Assembly: GCA_000165425.1 (NCBI GenBank)
Contig: CT868241.1
Span: forward strand, 124,001-188,000
Length of the DNA stretch: 64,000 nt
Reading direction: 5' to 3'
Origin: Paramecium tetraurelia
Taxonomy: Eukaryota
The position numbers were made by a program, and so were the translations under genes. How positions within the stretch are numbered: position 1 is the first letter of the stretch; each line of letters starts with the position of its first letter. The notes below the pieces were generated by a model. It was not told the origin of the DNA, did no database searches, and saw only the letters and a program-made list of their open reading frames with translations. Below are positions 14,712-31,509 of the stretch, in pieces.

Positions 14712-15807
14712 TCACATCTATGGATTGGCTGGGGATTCAACAATGGGAATAGAGTCATGAAGTGAGTCAGTCGAATTTTAAATAGAATTGGGAATCATTG
14801 GAGCAGTAGTAGAATCACTTTAAGTAAGACTGCTGGTTTGTGACACTGCTGCTTATTTTAAATCAAAACAACTAAACATTATTTATAACATAGCTTACCA
14901 ATTTTATAACGTCTTTATTTGAATTTACTTATTAAGATGCTTAGTTTTCAATTGTTCATGTTCATACTTATTGAACAATTTCAATTATTTCATCATCTTC
15001 TTAAACCATTTGCACAAATACACTTATTTACAACTGGGTCTTTATTGGAAAGGTTTTGTAAGCATAGCGTACAACAAAATCTGCAAATCCTCATTCAATC
15101 TTTCGTTCACTTAAACTTCTTATTGAGGTTTTTGTTGATGTAATAATTCCTATCATAATTCTCTTTTTACATAAATGACTACTCCCAAAGACCATACATC
15201 TACTTTATGATCATAATCTTGATCGGACAACATCTCTGGAGCAACATAACCTATGCTACCCAACTTTTCTGAAGTATAAAGCTAATCAAAATTCAGTTAT
15301 ATCGCACTTCCGAAATCACAAATCTTATACACTCCATTATCAATTAAGATATTGTCAGGCTTTTGTATCTTTATATAAATACTTAAATGTCTCTATGGAT
15401 GATATTATTATTGTGAAGGTAATCAATTCCATCCAGTATCTGATGAAAACAATCGAAAATATTATTCTCTACAAACATTGCTTTCTGGGAGCTCAATGTG
15501 CCTTGGTTACAGTACTCCAAAACCAAATAAAGAAAGGTGTCATCCTCAAAGGTCTCATACAATTTAACGACATTCTTGTGATTGAGATTCATATGAATCA
15601 GAATCTCCCTCTTCATGCTAAATGCAAATTATGGCTCTTCCAGTAGTTCTTTCAAGATCTACGCCTAAATGTTGCTAATACAATCTTCATAGCACACAAT
15701 TGATTTTTCATGATGTCTTTTACTAACACGACCTAACTCATTTATCCCTATCCCAACTGTTATATGTACTAGTATCGTGTTGTGTTCGAGACATAGTTTT
15801 ACAACAT
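14712..15807 (-). CDS. Ser/Thr protein kinase (Aurora/CAMK-like)
   Basis: LGQGQMSQV, CAMK, REILIHMNLNHKNVVKLYE, HRDI(Q)PDN, DFG, APE, VDVWSLG. Confidence 0.85.
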
Positions 15808-15828
15808 TTAAATATTATTATATAAACT

Positions 15829-16289
15829 TCACATCTTCAATTTGCACTCAATAAAAATTTAACGCAACTCTTCCTCGCCAATCCCTTAATTTAATATTTT
15901 ATCCTCATCCTAATACAGACTTTCATTATATATGTTCAACATTTCCTACTCATTACTAAACTCAATACCATTATCACCTCTTCTTCGATAGGTTTTTTCA
16001 TCACACTCTGAGCAGCCTTCGCGATATCGATTACTCCTATTACTTCAGACTCTTGTCTCGACTTCAGGAAGTTCCAAATATACTTGAAATTGGCCTCTTG
16101 AATCGAGTTCAACTCTTTAGCATTATTCTTTTTCTTTTTTCCCACCTTCACTTAACTCTAAACAATCTATGGTTAAGTTTAAACTATGGGAATTTACTAC
16201 ACAGTTCTTTCCTTTTTCTAACTAGATCCTTTTTTTGTGAAGGCAAATGAATGTAACTCATTTTCTAAATATTCATCATTCTAGTTCAT
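15829..16289 (-). CDS. Hypothetical protein with possible degenerate EF-hand-like C-terminus
   Basis: Open frame from MNQNDEYLE with one intron (gtattgagtttagtaatgagtag); IGVIDIAKAA...EEEVIMEML...IGEEELRQIF. Confidence 0.6.
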
Positions 16290-16905
16290 TTATTTAAATT
16301 CAATTTAATTATAATTTGAGCACAATTTTCTTAATACAACTAAAGTAAAACTATAGTATTACCTTAGAAATAAATCAAAAATCAAATAAATCATATCTTT
16401 AAACAAAATATTCAAACTCTTACAAACATATCCATTTTTTCATTTTTATTTTACAAAATATAAGTAGAGTTTTACACATGTTTTATTAATTTTAGAGTTA
16501 TACAGAAATCTTAGAAAAATTGTATTAAATCTTGGCTTATTTAAATTACATAATATCATACAATAATGTATAAATTTAGGTAAAAAGATCAATCATATAC
16601 TTTTTATCCTAATATTTATCAAAAAACCTATTGTTATAATAAGATAACTATTAAAAAAAGAGTTTAAAATCTACCATAATACTACTGATTTAAAAGGAGA
16701 AAACTAACAAGGCTTATTTTGAAATTTAAATGTCTCGGAAACGTATTATAAGTCTATATTTGTTTCATGAGTTCGTCCTCTAAGTTTAAGTAGATATTAT
16801 AAGATATTTAGAGAATGAAACCATGTCATTTTTCTGAGAATTTAAGTTAGCTTTCGACTGCTTTTTTGTATTTTTGTGTAAATTATATGATTAATATATT
16901 TTATT

Positions 16906-17313
16906 ATGTTTGGAGAACAGTAGCTATTAAGCCCTGTCAAGAGATAATTATTAATGCAACGAATAATAAACAATATGAATGAGATCTCAAAACCGGTCTC
17001 TACTTCACCGATAAAAAGGAGAATACGCATTTAATCAAATCGTATTGATTATAGGAAGAATTTGAGCATGGTGGAAAATGATTCGAATAGACATATTACT
17101 GAGCCTAACAACACAGAAATAAAGAAGTTATTCCACATAAAAGCCAATCGTAAGATGTCTCAAGATCAGATGCATCCTAAATCTCCCCCCATGTTGCCAT
17201 CACTGTTTGAAATCACCTTTTAGAATCCCTTTTTTGGGCAGTTTTCCTAAAGAAAAGCTTAATATTAACGACCTACAGAATTTTAAGCCATAGTATACAA
17301 ACGAAAATCATGA
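16906..17313 (+). CDS. Hypothetical protein (135 aa)
   Basis: Intronless ciliate-code ORF MFGEQQLLSPVKRQ...VYKRKS-TGA. Confidence 0.65.
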
Positions 17314-17332
17314 CTAATTTAATTAATTATTA

Positions 17333-18847
<1,515 letters not shown>

Positions 18848-19277
18848 AAAAATTAATGAGTCAAGTATTCTTAACAAAATATTGAGAGTAATGTATAACT
18901 TTAGGTTTGCATTTATTAAGAAAGGATTAAACTCAGATTTAAGATTAAAATCTTCAGTCAAAATTTTAATAATCATTCCTTTGATTTCTGAATTATTAAT
19001 AATTTTGATTAGTTTATTCATCAAAATGAAAATATCATAGTTCAAATTTGCACTTAATCTAATTCTCAAACATGATCATTTAACTATTTAATTAAATATT
19101 TTTATTCCTCATTTTTCTACCCATCCATTTACATTTTTTTATATCATCTTTTTAACCTCATCAACTTCCTACAATTGAATCATTGAATACTAATTGTATT
19201 TATTGAAATCTTTTTTTAATGATCATCCTATTAAAGGTTTTCATTTTTCTTTACCATAATTAAATTAATTCATTAAA

Positions 19278-19988
19278 ATGCCAATAACTAAAAGAAAAAG
19301 GAATTAAGTGTTAACAAAAACTAAAAAGAAAACTCCAGAAAAGAAAGAATTACTTGTTAAGAAACTTAAATAAAGCCTTAAAAAGTATTAAAGAGCAATC
19401 GTGTTTCAATACAAAAATCTGTCCACAAATCCATTAAAAGAGATCCAATAAGCATGGAAGGCTGATTCAAAACTTTTTATTGGCAAAAACAAAGTCATGC
19501 AAGTTGGCTTAGGTAGAAATGAAGAACAAAGCGCTACAAAAAATTCCTACCTTCTCTCTCCAGTAATTAAAATTTTATATTTGCAGTTTCTTAAAGGAGA
19601 AACAGGGTTACTTTTAACCAACAAGACTCTTCAAGAAATCTAAGAGTACTGCGATACATATAAAATTCCAGAGTTTGCCAGAGCTGGCCACATTTCTGAT
19701 CAAACAATCGTCTTAAAAGAGGGAATAGATACCTTAAAAGGTTTTGCACACTCCATAGAACCATATTTGAGAAAACTAGGACTCAATACTCAATTAATAA
19801 ATCAGCAAATAGTATTAAATGAAAAGTTTATTCTTACTTAAGAAGGCAAACCCTTAACAGTTGAACAAACTAAATTGTTGGTATTTAGATTTAATAAAAT
19901 TTAGCGATTAATGGATAAAAAATTAGCCTATCTTGAAATTGCTCCACTTTGCGTGTTAGAAAAGAATGGAACATTCAAAAAATTGTGA
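19278..19988 (+). CDS. MRT4: Ribosome assembly factor Mrt4 (uL10 family)
   Basis: MPITKRKRNQVLTKTKKK, FIGKNKVMQVGLG, LKGETGLLLTN, EPYLRKLGL; two short introns. Confidence 0.9.
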
Positions 19989-19995
19989 ATATTAT

Positions 19996-20639
19996 TCAAT
20001 ATAATTCTTCACGAATAATTGGTAATTCTATTTCCAATATTGATTTGTCTGATACAAATTTTGCCTTTCCCATTTTTTCATTTACTGGATATGGCAAGAT
20101 AAAATCCAAATAATATTAAGTGCTTGACATTATAATCTGTTGTTTCATCACCTCTAGGTTTATTTCTGACAATTTAGTATCGGGTAACTTAATCTTTACT
20201 AATAATCCTTAACATTTAGTTGAGCTTGGATCAATTCCACTCCATCCTCCAAAGACATCCTCAGTTCCAACTAATTGTTTGTACAATACATCAACATCTG
20301 GTCTTTACCTATTGTCCATTTTTGGTCTATTTTGCACTTAAATCTAAGAATTCATAAACAATATACTTCGTCAATATCCCATATATCATTTTTATCTAAG
20401 GCTTTTTTTTTTGGCTTCTCCTATTGCTGTTCCACTTATTGCTCTTGATCCTTTTGCCCAAGCTTTACTTATATTTAAGCATATGGTTTAGCGACTTCTT
20501 TTTTTTGACCATTAGATCCAATATCACTTGGTGCAAATATACTTCCCTTATTTGGGTTGTTATTTATATTTGAAAAAGCTCCTTCCTCTTCATCTGGTTA
20601 TATTAATTAAGCTAATGCTGAAATATCAGAAATATTCAT
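19996..20639 (-). CDS. DNAAF6: Dynein axonemal assembly factor 6 (PIH1D3/Twister-like)
   Basis: DIWD, RPDVDVLYKQLVGTEDVFGG..DPSSTKCQGLLVKIKLP, LPYPVNEKMGKAKF. Confidence 0.8.
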
Positions 20640-21199
20640 AAATTAATTATCAATATTTATTGGAGATTTCGAATAGAAGAATAGTTTTTGGAGTTATGAA
20701 TGACTTTAAGTTTATTACGACCAAAGCTTCACAAAAAATTAACTAAAATTTTATCATAAGCCATTTTCAAAGATAATCAAATTAACTTGAAGTAATAATT
20801 CTCTTCTTTATTAAGAATTCATTTAACAATAAAATTTCAATTATTATATAACATTTTTTATCTTTTTTTCTACTTGGTATTACTCATCAGGATTATCACT
20901 CAATATATTACTAATGTTTACTTCTTTTATTAAAAAAGGACTTCTTTAAGAATCTTCATTATTACTGCAATCTATTGATCAGGAATATCATTTGAATATA
21001 TAGTTTCTTGTTAAATGGGATCTATTTTTCTATTCTATCATATTTAATTTCTGTATTATTAATAATAATAGACATCAATAACTAATTGAAGAATAAAAAC
21101 ATTGCAAAAATAAAGCATTTATTTTGTAATGGCAAATGATTTGTAGTAGGATTAATTTAGAATTAAGGTTAATAAATTATTTTATTTTATAACACTTAT

Positions 21200-22647
21200 A
21201 TGGAAGGATATTATGAAAACCCTGGGATTTTTATAAATAAGTTGCTACAATAAGATGATTAGAGTGATTTTGAAGAAGAATTTGTTTGGCTTTAAAATGC
21301 ATTGAAATCCCTCAATTAATAAGTATTTTAATTTTAATGTTTAGTTACGCGGCACAAATCAAGGAGGACCTGAATTTATTGGAGCACATCCTAAATCATT
21401 ATCAAAGGCAAAATTAGCCTAAATTAAAAAGGAGATGGTTGATTGGCTAGTTTGTGAAAAAACAGATGGAGTGAGATATTTGTTAATTATCTTAAACAAT
21501 GGACATTGCTATTTTACAGGTAGAAATTTAGGGGGTTTAAATGCTTCAAATAACCCATATCAATTACATCTTGTTAAAATTAGAGTTCCATCACAATTAA
21601 TAAATCCATAAGAATTGCAAATACTTGAAATGTTTGATGGAGAGCTAATAATCGAAAATTATCCAAATAATACTTAAGCGCTAAACTATTTAATATTCGA
21701 TACACTGATACATAATGCAAATAATACTTCAAAATACTAATATTATGATAGATTGAGATGTGCTTAAGAATACTTGGAATTGAGAAAGGTTCTAAAAAAG
21801 TTAGGTCCTTTATAAAACATAGATTTTCAACCTTTGAAAAACTTTCCAAAAATTAGATGCATTTTAAAAGATTTTTTTTATGCAGATAAAGTAAGGTATA
21901 TTTTCAACAATTATATACCCTTGTTACCTCATGGAAATGATGGACTTATTTTTACAAAGAATACTTTTCCTTATGTGTCTGGTACAAATGAAAATATAGT
22001 TAAATGGAAACCACCAGAAAAAAACACAATTGATTTTTTGATATGCCCAAATAAAAAAATCACAGTTACAGATTCTAATTATGGTTTATTGGAATTGTAT
22101 GTGATGTTCAATTAAAAATAAATAAAACATTTCTTTCTATTTGATTTTATCTATGCTAAAAAAGAATTAATCGAGGAAGTTTAAGCTTAAATCTTAAATT
22201 AAATAGAAAGGCTTGAAAATCTTGGATAGCATGAAGGTGTAAAAGGAGTTGTAGCAGAGTGTAAATTAGAGAGATTACAGGCGCCTGTTGTAAAAATATA
22301 AGCTCTTTATGATTTAAATAAAAATAATATTTACGATGAGTCAAGAGTTGAGAACTTTTATTAATAACTGTTAAGAAATACAGAATTAGCGTTTAGATTA
22401 GATTCTCAATTATTGCAAAATTAAATTAGTTTATTGAAAGACATAAGGGAAAGAATTCATTTAAAGTATAACTTTAAATTCAATTGGGTTATTGAAAAAT
22501 ATCGAACAGATAAGACAAGTGCTAATGCATTGTTTGTAGCATAAAACTTACTCGAAATTATAAGCGAGGTATCAATTTTCTATAATAAAGGACTTAAAAT
22601 AATTAGAATTAATAGAAATTTTAGAAAAAAAGGAAACTTTATAATGA
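21200..22647 (+). CDS. mRNA capping enzyme, stand-alone guanylyltransferase (Ceg1-like)
   Basis: FIGAHPKSL, motif I VCEKTDGVRYL, FDGEL, HGNDGLIF, VKWKP, RTDKTSAN; no fused triphosphatase. Confidence 0.92.
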
Positions 22648-22671
22648 GTTATAATATTGCAATAAATGTTA

Positions 22672-23274
22672 TCATTATATTTTTTTTCTTAATATCTTCT
22701 TTTTCAAAATCTACACTTCTATAAAAATCAATATCACTATGATGGTAAATCCAATTAGGTCATATTACACAATGTGATAATACAAGCTCTCTAAGCTAAA
22801 AATGTTCTCTAATTTAACCTAAGAGAAAATAATCAACTACTATTTCATAAACTATAATTTTGCTTAAATATTATTGAGGGTTTCTTATACAAGAGCTAAA
22901 TCTGATTTTTAAGCTATCTCATGCATATCATTAGCTTCAATTCCAATTAAATATTCAAAATAAATCTCACTATATAAGCCGAGTTTATCCTCAAAGCAAA
23001 ATTGGTAATTCCCTCCTTGCATGGTTGTATAATCATAAATAAGTTGATTTTTTCCTTCGGCTTCATATATCCTTTTGATTTCATCGTTCTCTGATTAATG
23101 AGTCATGTAAAAATGATATTAGTCTGTTTACGATCTGATTTTGGCTATTAACAAAGTGTTTGGTGCCAAGACATCAACGAAACATAGTTTTTCTTCCGAC
23201 TCTAAAAAGAAACTAAATTCAACTCCGTGAACATAAACGAATGAATAAAGGAAATAAAAAAATAAATATTTCAT
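22672..23274 (-). CDS. p24/emp24 GOLD-domain cargo receptor
   Basis: Signal peptide MKYLFFYFLYSFVYVHG, EEKLCF, GGNYQFCF, coiled coil, TM helix, basic tail ending RKKIQ. Confidence 0.85.
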
Positions 23275-24548
23275 TGTTTTAATGATTTAAACTATTTTTA
23301 GTAGTTTTCCCACTCTTTTCTAATTGTTTCTCTTAATTATTGTCTTTTTTGATTGATTTCATTCATATTTCTTTTAAGAATCAATAATTCTGTCAAAATT
23401 TCTTTGTCAGGATGTTAAGTTTCATCTTTTTGGGTTTTTACATCTACTTCACCACAAAAGTTCTAGGTGTCTTCATCAGGGTCCTCATCTTCTTCCAACT
23501 ACTCCAATTATTAATTAACTTTCTTTTTTATTTTTCGTTATTGTCTTTTTTTTCTTTATTTTTCCTTTTTAGCTTCAATTTGTTTTTCCTCTTATTCAAT
23601 GTAAGCTATAAACATTTATTATTATTTCTCATATTCTATTTATTGAATTCTATTTTCAATTCTTTAAATAATTAATTATTTTAGCTATAATATTTTGGAT
23701 TAATCTTACAATTCTTATGAAATTTATTTTTAAATAATACTTCTAAATAAATTTATCCCTACCATTTAAAACTTGTTCTAAAATCAAAGAACTAATTGCT
23801 CTTAATATTTTCAATCTAATATTATCTTATATTTAAATCTCTAACACTGTTGTACCAAATTTTAAAATTTTATCGAAAAGAATATACTATGCATACTGAA
23901 ATAAGAAAATACATCATAATTAATTATTATTTAATTATCTCTTTATCGAATAAATTCATTGAAATTGATATTGTCTTCAGGATCTACTATATCATTTATG
24001 TGCTTAATTATATCTTTTTCATTATTGATGTTCTCATTTACTTGCATTTATTTAAGAAAGTAATTTACTTGAGCCTTAAAAACATCTGCACGTATAGTTA
24101 GTTCCAATTCTCCTGATTTGAATAAATATTTTGGGAAATCCATAAAACTTAATCTATTTTGTCCTAATAAATTAAGACATTATTTCTATTTATTGGCACT
24201 CACCATATCATTTCGTTTTTAACCATCCTAGTTATAAGAGTGAACATCGCAGTCCATTCTATATTACTTTAAATCACTTTATAAAAACAAGAATTTTTCT
24301 TATCTACTCATAAAAGTTTGATATAACTCCTTATACTAACTAATTAGATGATTGGCACAATTTTAGCATTATATAAGTTCCCTACAAGCAGATAAAAATT
24401 CATAATCTGAAAAATTTGAATTCTTTTCAAATTCCTTCTCATTTATCAAATTGTAATCAAAGTGGCACTATTGAATAGATAATGGTTTTTCTTGAATGTT
24501 GGTAGTTCCTTTGGCAAATTGAACTTATTTCTTTTTATTCGCTTTCAT
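23271..24548 (-). CDS. Hypothetical protein with charged coiled-coil C-terminus
   Basis: MKANKKKQVQF...; two short introns give a continuous frame to RETIRKEWENYQKQFKSLKQ-TGA. Confidence 0.7.
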
Positions 24549-24567
24549 AAATATAATTAATAATAAA

Positions 24568-26140
24568 TGAGAGATTATAATCAATCATAACCTTATTTAT
24601 AATTTTATAAAATACAAAAAAATTAATTCTCAAACTTTGTAGAACCAATATCTAATATTAGCTAAGGAGACTCAAAAATTGTTTTAACCCTTCTCTTTTA
24701 TTTTTTTCATTCTTCCATAAATTAAATATTTAGATTTCTTATAAGATTATAAAATTACCTATCTTCCCCTAATCTAACTTTAATTTATATATTTCCTAAA
24801 TAACAAATCCAACATAATTAATATTTTCTTAAATTACATTATTATCTACATTAAATTTGATGGCAAATAATTAGTTTTCTTTCTCCCAAATGAACACTCC
24901 ATCCCAATAATGATGTATTCATATAAATGAATATATTTCAGAATTTCATTTATTTTAAAAGAGAAATTAGAATGTGAGTTCAGTAATAGCTAGACCTAGA
25001 CCTGGAGAATGATATTTTAATATAAGAAACTAAAAAGTTTAAATAAGATTAAATCTATAAATGCTGATTGCCTTCTCAGTTATATTAACGAAAGCTTTGA
25101 TATGTGTAAATAATTAGTTTATTCTAAACACAAATAATTAAATATCACAGAACAGATTCCTTTTTTTATGATCAGATTTCTCTTTTAGAATGCACTTTTT
25201 AATTAAAGATAATGTAATTTCCTTATTAAAAGGGAATCTATTGACAATTTATAACCTATATTTGATATTGAACAAAATATATTTCCCTTTTTTTCCATAT
25301 TTCTCTTCAACCAATTCTTGTAAATCATTGGTTTTCTTCCTTCTATCTTAACTAAAATTTTAATTATTTCTCTTGGTATAACTTTATATTCATAAAATTT
25401 TATTTATTTCAATTCATCTAAAATTCATTAATTAATTAATTATTGATAAACCTATAGTAGTTTAATTATTGAATTTATTTTTTCTAATTGTATGGGAATA
25501 AAATCTCTGAAGAAAATCAATTATTAAATTGAAAAATTTGTTGAATTTAAGAAATCAAATCATCTTCATGATGTAAATTACAATTAGAAGTTATTTTCAG
25601 AAAAGAAAGAAGAAAAGAAGCTCTCCTATAAAGTATTCAAGATCCAATCTTTTAATTATATTTAATATCAAAATTTTTACCTGACTCCTATTCTAACTAT
25701 ATTTTCACTTATATACAAATGATGGAAGGCTTATAAAATAAATATTAATTATATAAAGAGCAATACATGGAATAACAAAATTCTGACGATGTATGAGTTA
25801 AATCTAATTTCACCTTAATATTTCAATTCAGATTTATATCATAATGGTAAGAATTCAACCGTCTTAATAATATAACTTGTCGTATTTTAATATTTTGATT
25901 CAAATAATAAAATATATTATAAATAGTATTGATAATATGATTTGAATTATTAATTCTTAGATTTTAAATATGCCCATACGACTGAAATTCTAAAAATACT
26001 ATTCTCATATAACTTGGATTGTTCGGTTTTTTATTAAATCATACTAAAATGAAAAAATTGTCTTTGATTCTATAATAATACTTATCTAAATTATGATTTG
26101 TAATTGGATGTGAGATAATAAGACTAAGAATACAAATAAA
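24568..26140 (+). pseudogene. Probable decayed membrane-protein gene relic
   Basis: Long coding-like stretches broken by in-frame TGA and frame changes; unusually long gap for this genome; family not identifiable. Confidence 0.3.
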
Positions 26141-26148
26141 TATGTGAA

Positions 26149-26511
26149 TCATAAGTGTCTAAAGATTTGAGGATTTACCCAAGAGAGATTGGGTTTCTAA
26201 TTTATTAATTTTTAAACTAGCCTTCCTATAGCTACAGCAGGTTCTTTCTGATTAAATTAACAATGAACAATATTGAGGTTAAAATTAACTCTTTTCTTGC
26301 CGTCCTTTTTTTTGCTAAGGCCTTCAGTTTTGATTTGAGGAGTTTATGTAAAAGAATTGTTAGTTTAAGATAATATTTTCATTTAAAAGTCATCCGTACA
26401 TTAAGTATCATCTACGTCTAGATTCTTATATGAATCCAAAGGCTGCATAAAAATAGGCTTAGGTCCAATTAGCTGACTTTAATTAAATTACAGCATATTT
26501 TTATTTCTCAT
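26149..26511 (-). CDS. Small hypothetical protein with RVxF-like motif
   Basis: Intronless 120-aa ORF containing KKRVNFNLNIVHC, ending PQIFRHL-TGA. Confidence 0.65.
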
Positions 26512-26786
26512 AAAATATGTACTAAATAACTATCATATAAGTGAATATTCAAAGTTTAATTGAGTGACTCAAAGAACACAAATTGATACAAAAGACAATA
26601 AAAAAATGTTATAATCATCCACTACTTTAATAAAATATTTTTAAATAAAATTTATGTTTAATAAATTATCAAAGTAACATTTGACCTCCACAAAAGAAAT
26701 GAATAATATTCTGAATATGCTTAGAAATAATGTCTAAGAATTTAGAACACTTAAAATTAATTAACTATGAATATAATCATTAAAAT

Positions 26787-28627
<1,841 letters not shown>

Positions 28628-28654
28628 TTACTGTTATAATTAATATTTAATTGA

Positions 28655-30878
28655 ATGGGTGTTTAATAAAGCAATATAAATGAAAACATCCCTTTTTTGT
28701 CCAATATGAAAATCATTATTGATAAAGGAAACTATTAGATTTACGAGAATGATAAATACTAAAAATTTGATTACAGAGAATTTAAATCAAGTTCAAATTC
28801 ATTCTCAAATGAGATAGAGGTAGCTAGAGAAATTTAAAACCAAAACTTCCCTGGATTAGCTAAAATTGAAGAGGTACACTTGTAAACATGTGAATAATGG
28901 TTTACAAAATATTTTACTCTTTGCATTTTAACTGAACATCCAAAATATTCTCTGAAAGAATATTTGCAACAAAAGAAGAAAACCCTATCAAATGAAGAAA
29001 TTACCGAACTCCTAGTTTCAATCACTTAAGCTTAGCATATTTTAGGTGTGAAAAAATAATATTTAAGCTGGGAGAACATATTTACAAATGATGGGAATAT
29101 TTGGAAACTCAGACCATTTTTTGATTCACAATCCTCTTATTAAAATCTGTTGAGTTTTAAAGAACAGAAAGTCATAAACTTTGTATTGGATTGTTTCCCT
29201 GCTCCTGAAGAATTTGAAGGTAAAGTCTGTGATACCGATAGAGTGCAAATTTTTGGTCTTGGTATGATTATTTTAGAATTGATAACAAGTATTAAGGATT
29301 TTATTTTGTAGAACAAAAAAGCAATGATATTTATTAAGAATATAGGATTAATGAAACCCTCCTTTAATTAAGAATTAATTCCATTTTGAAGTTAAAATAT
29401 CAATTTTGTGGAAATTTTATAGATATCATTACAGAAATGCTAGATACAGATTTAGTTAGGAGACCCAATTTTGATTAATTACTTAAAAAGTTGAAATCAC
29501 CTGCTTCTTAAATAGCGAGTCTTTAACTCTAAGCTGAATTTGTAAAATAACCTCAGAAATTAAATACACTAGATTCAGTTAATTTATTTGAAGAGAACAA
29601 TCTAGATAAAATTGATGAAGAGAAACTAAGTGAAGCATTAAAATAAGCTTAAGTTGAAATTTAGATTTAAATTAAGAGAGTGAGACAAGAAATATAAAAT
29701 ATTAAACATAATTAAAATATATTCGAGCAGAATGGATAGTAATACTATGGTTAGATAGTTAATAATTTATATGAAGGAAAAGGTAGATATAAATCTAAAA
29801 ATAGGTCGTCTCTTTTCTAAATTTGGGAATTTGATCTATGAAGGGGAATTTATGAATGGGTACTTTCATAATTGGGGGGTTGAACACTATGAGAATTCAA
29901 TTTAGTTGTAGGAAAGTTATAAATTTGAAGATGGCAAAGATATTATGAAATTTGCTAAATAATATGAAGGTTGCTTTTAATTTGGAAAGTAATCGCATCT
30001 TTAATTCTAAGGAAATCTGGAGAAGGCATGTTGACATTAACCAATGGAGAAATCTATTGTGGAGAATTTAGAAATGATTAAATCAACGGACTTGGCAAAT
30101 TCTATGGAAAATCAAATGATAAGATAATAGGGGTTTGGAAAAATGGCTCAATAATTTCTAATTCAGGAATCTAAAAAGAGTTAGTCTCTTTTGGATCTTA
30201 TATGTTCTCAAATCAAATCGATCCACCATAGAGCCAAAAATAACCAAAAAATTAGAATAAGTCTGATTTTGCAAAAAGCTTAGTAGAAGTTGATGCAAAA
30301 ACACAGGAAATTTAATTTAATGGAATTAGTAGTCTTTAATCTTGCCGAAGTTAATTGGAACTCTCTTTTAATAATCACTTAAAATACTTCAGTCAGAAGT
30401 AATCATAGAATAAAAAAGAACATAAAATCTTTTATGATGGAACCAATACAACTTTAAAGTATGAAGGTCAACTTTTTACTGGATAGATGCATGGAAGAGG
30501 GACACTGTATTTCAAGAATGGAGATATTCAATATGAAGGAGACTTTGTGAATGGAAAATTTGAAGGGTATGGAATCTTAACAAATGAGAACCCAGAGATA
30601 GAGATGACCATTAATTATAATGATTTAAGGGATGTCAATATCAAGGGGTGGTGGAAATAATATTAAGGCACTTTTTCAAAAGGAGAGTAAGTGTTACTAA
30701 TTAAAATAGGAAGCAAGGCCAAGGATATTGGCATTTGACCGATAAATGTGTCTTACTTGGGATGTTTGACAAAGATGAGGTACATGGAGAAGCATACTTA
30801 AAAAGACCTAAGCAAGAAGATGTTTATGCATAATGGGAAAATGGAATACTTCATAAAGTATTATAAGGCAAGTTGTGA
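28655..30878 (+). CDS. Pseudokinase-like domain plus MORN-repeat protein
   Basis: MGVQQS start; kinase-like lobe with ISWENIF, PAPEE, IFGLGMIILELIT, RRPNF but no HRD/DFG; two clusters of YEGxFxNGxxHGxG MORN repeats. Confidence 0.8.
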
Positions 30879-30950
30879 AATCATATATATTATTATATTA
30901 TATTTTATTAAGCGAAATTAATAAATAATAATAAAACTAAATATGTTTTA

Positions 30951-31313
30951 TCATTCGTTTTTGTTTTCCATATTTAGACACACTTTTTTGGCGTCAAATT
31001 CAGATTGAAGCAGAAATGAAGCTTTACGCTTATCCTATAAGAGTTCTTCCTTCGTAATCGCAGTGTGAATTATAGATTCCATTTAATACGAATGGGTACT
31101 TACGTTTTCATCCATCTCCTGATCTGGATTGGCGTCTTACTAATCTTTTGGCTCATTATCTTATTATAAGTCCTAAACATTGTTATTCAATTCATCCGAC
31201 GATGCTTCATCAGAAATTTCACTCACCTCTTCTTCCTCTCTGAATATATAACTGTAAGCCTTTTTAAGCAATGCATCAAATTTTCTATTTAATTTTTATG
31301 TTGCGTTTCCCAT
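30951..31313 (-). CDS. Small acidic hypothetical protein (120 aa)
   Basis: Intronless ORF MGNATQKLNRKFDALLKKAYS...MENKNE-TGA. Confidence 0.7.
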
Positions 31314-31509
31314 TGTATTTAAAATTTTGTTAACTGAATTATAATATTTATATATATTATAAAAAAGATAAATTATATATTTTTATAAACTTAATATTTT
31401 CTAATTAGAATTCAATCAGCTGATATTTTTCATAGTTTTTGGTGTCTGGCATTAAAATAATTTTAATTTCTTTTTTTCACAATTAACCACCATTTTTATG
31501 CATTATAAT

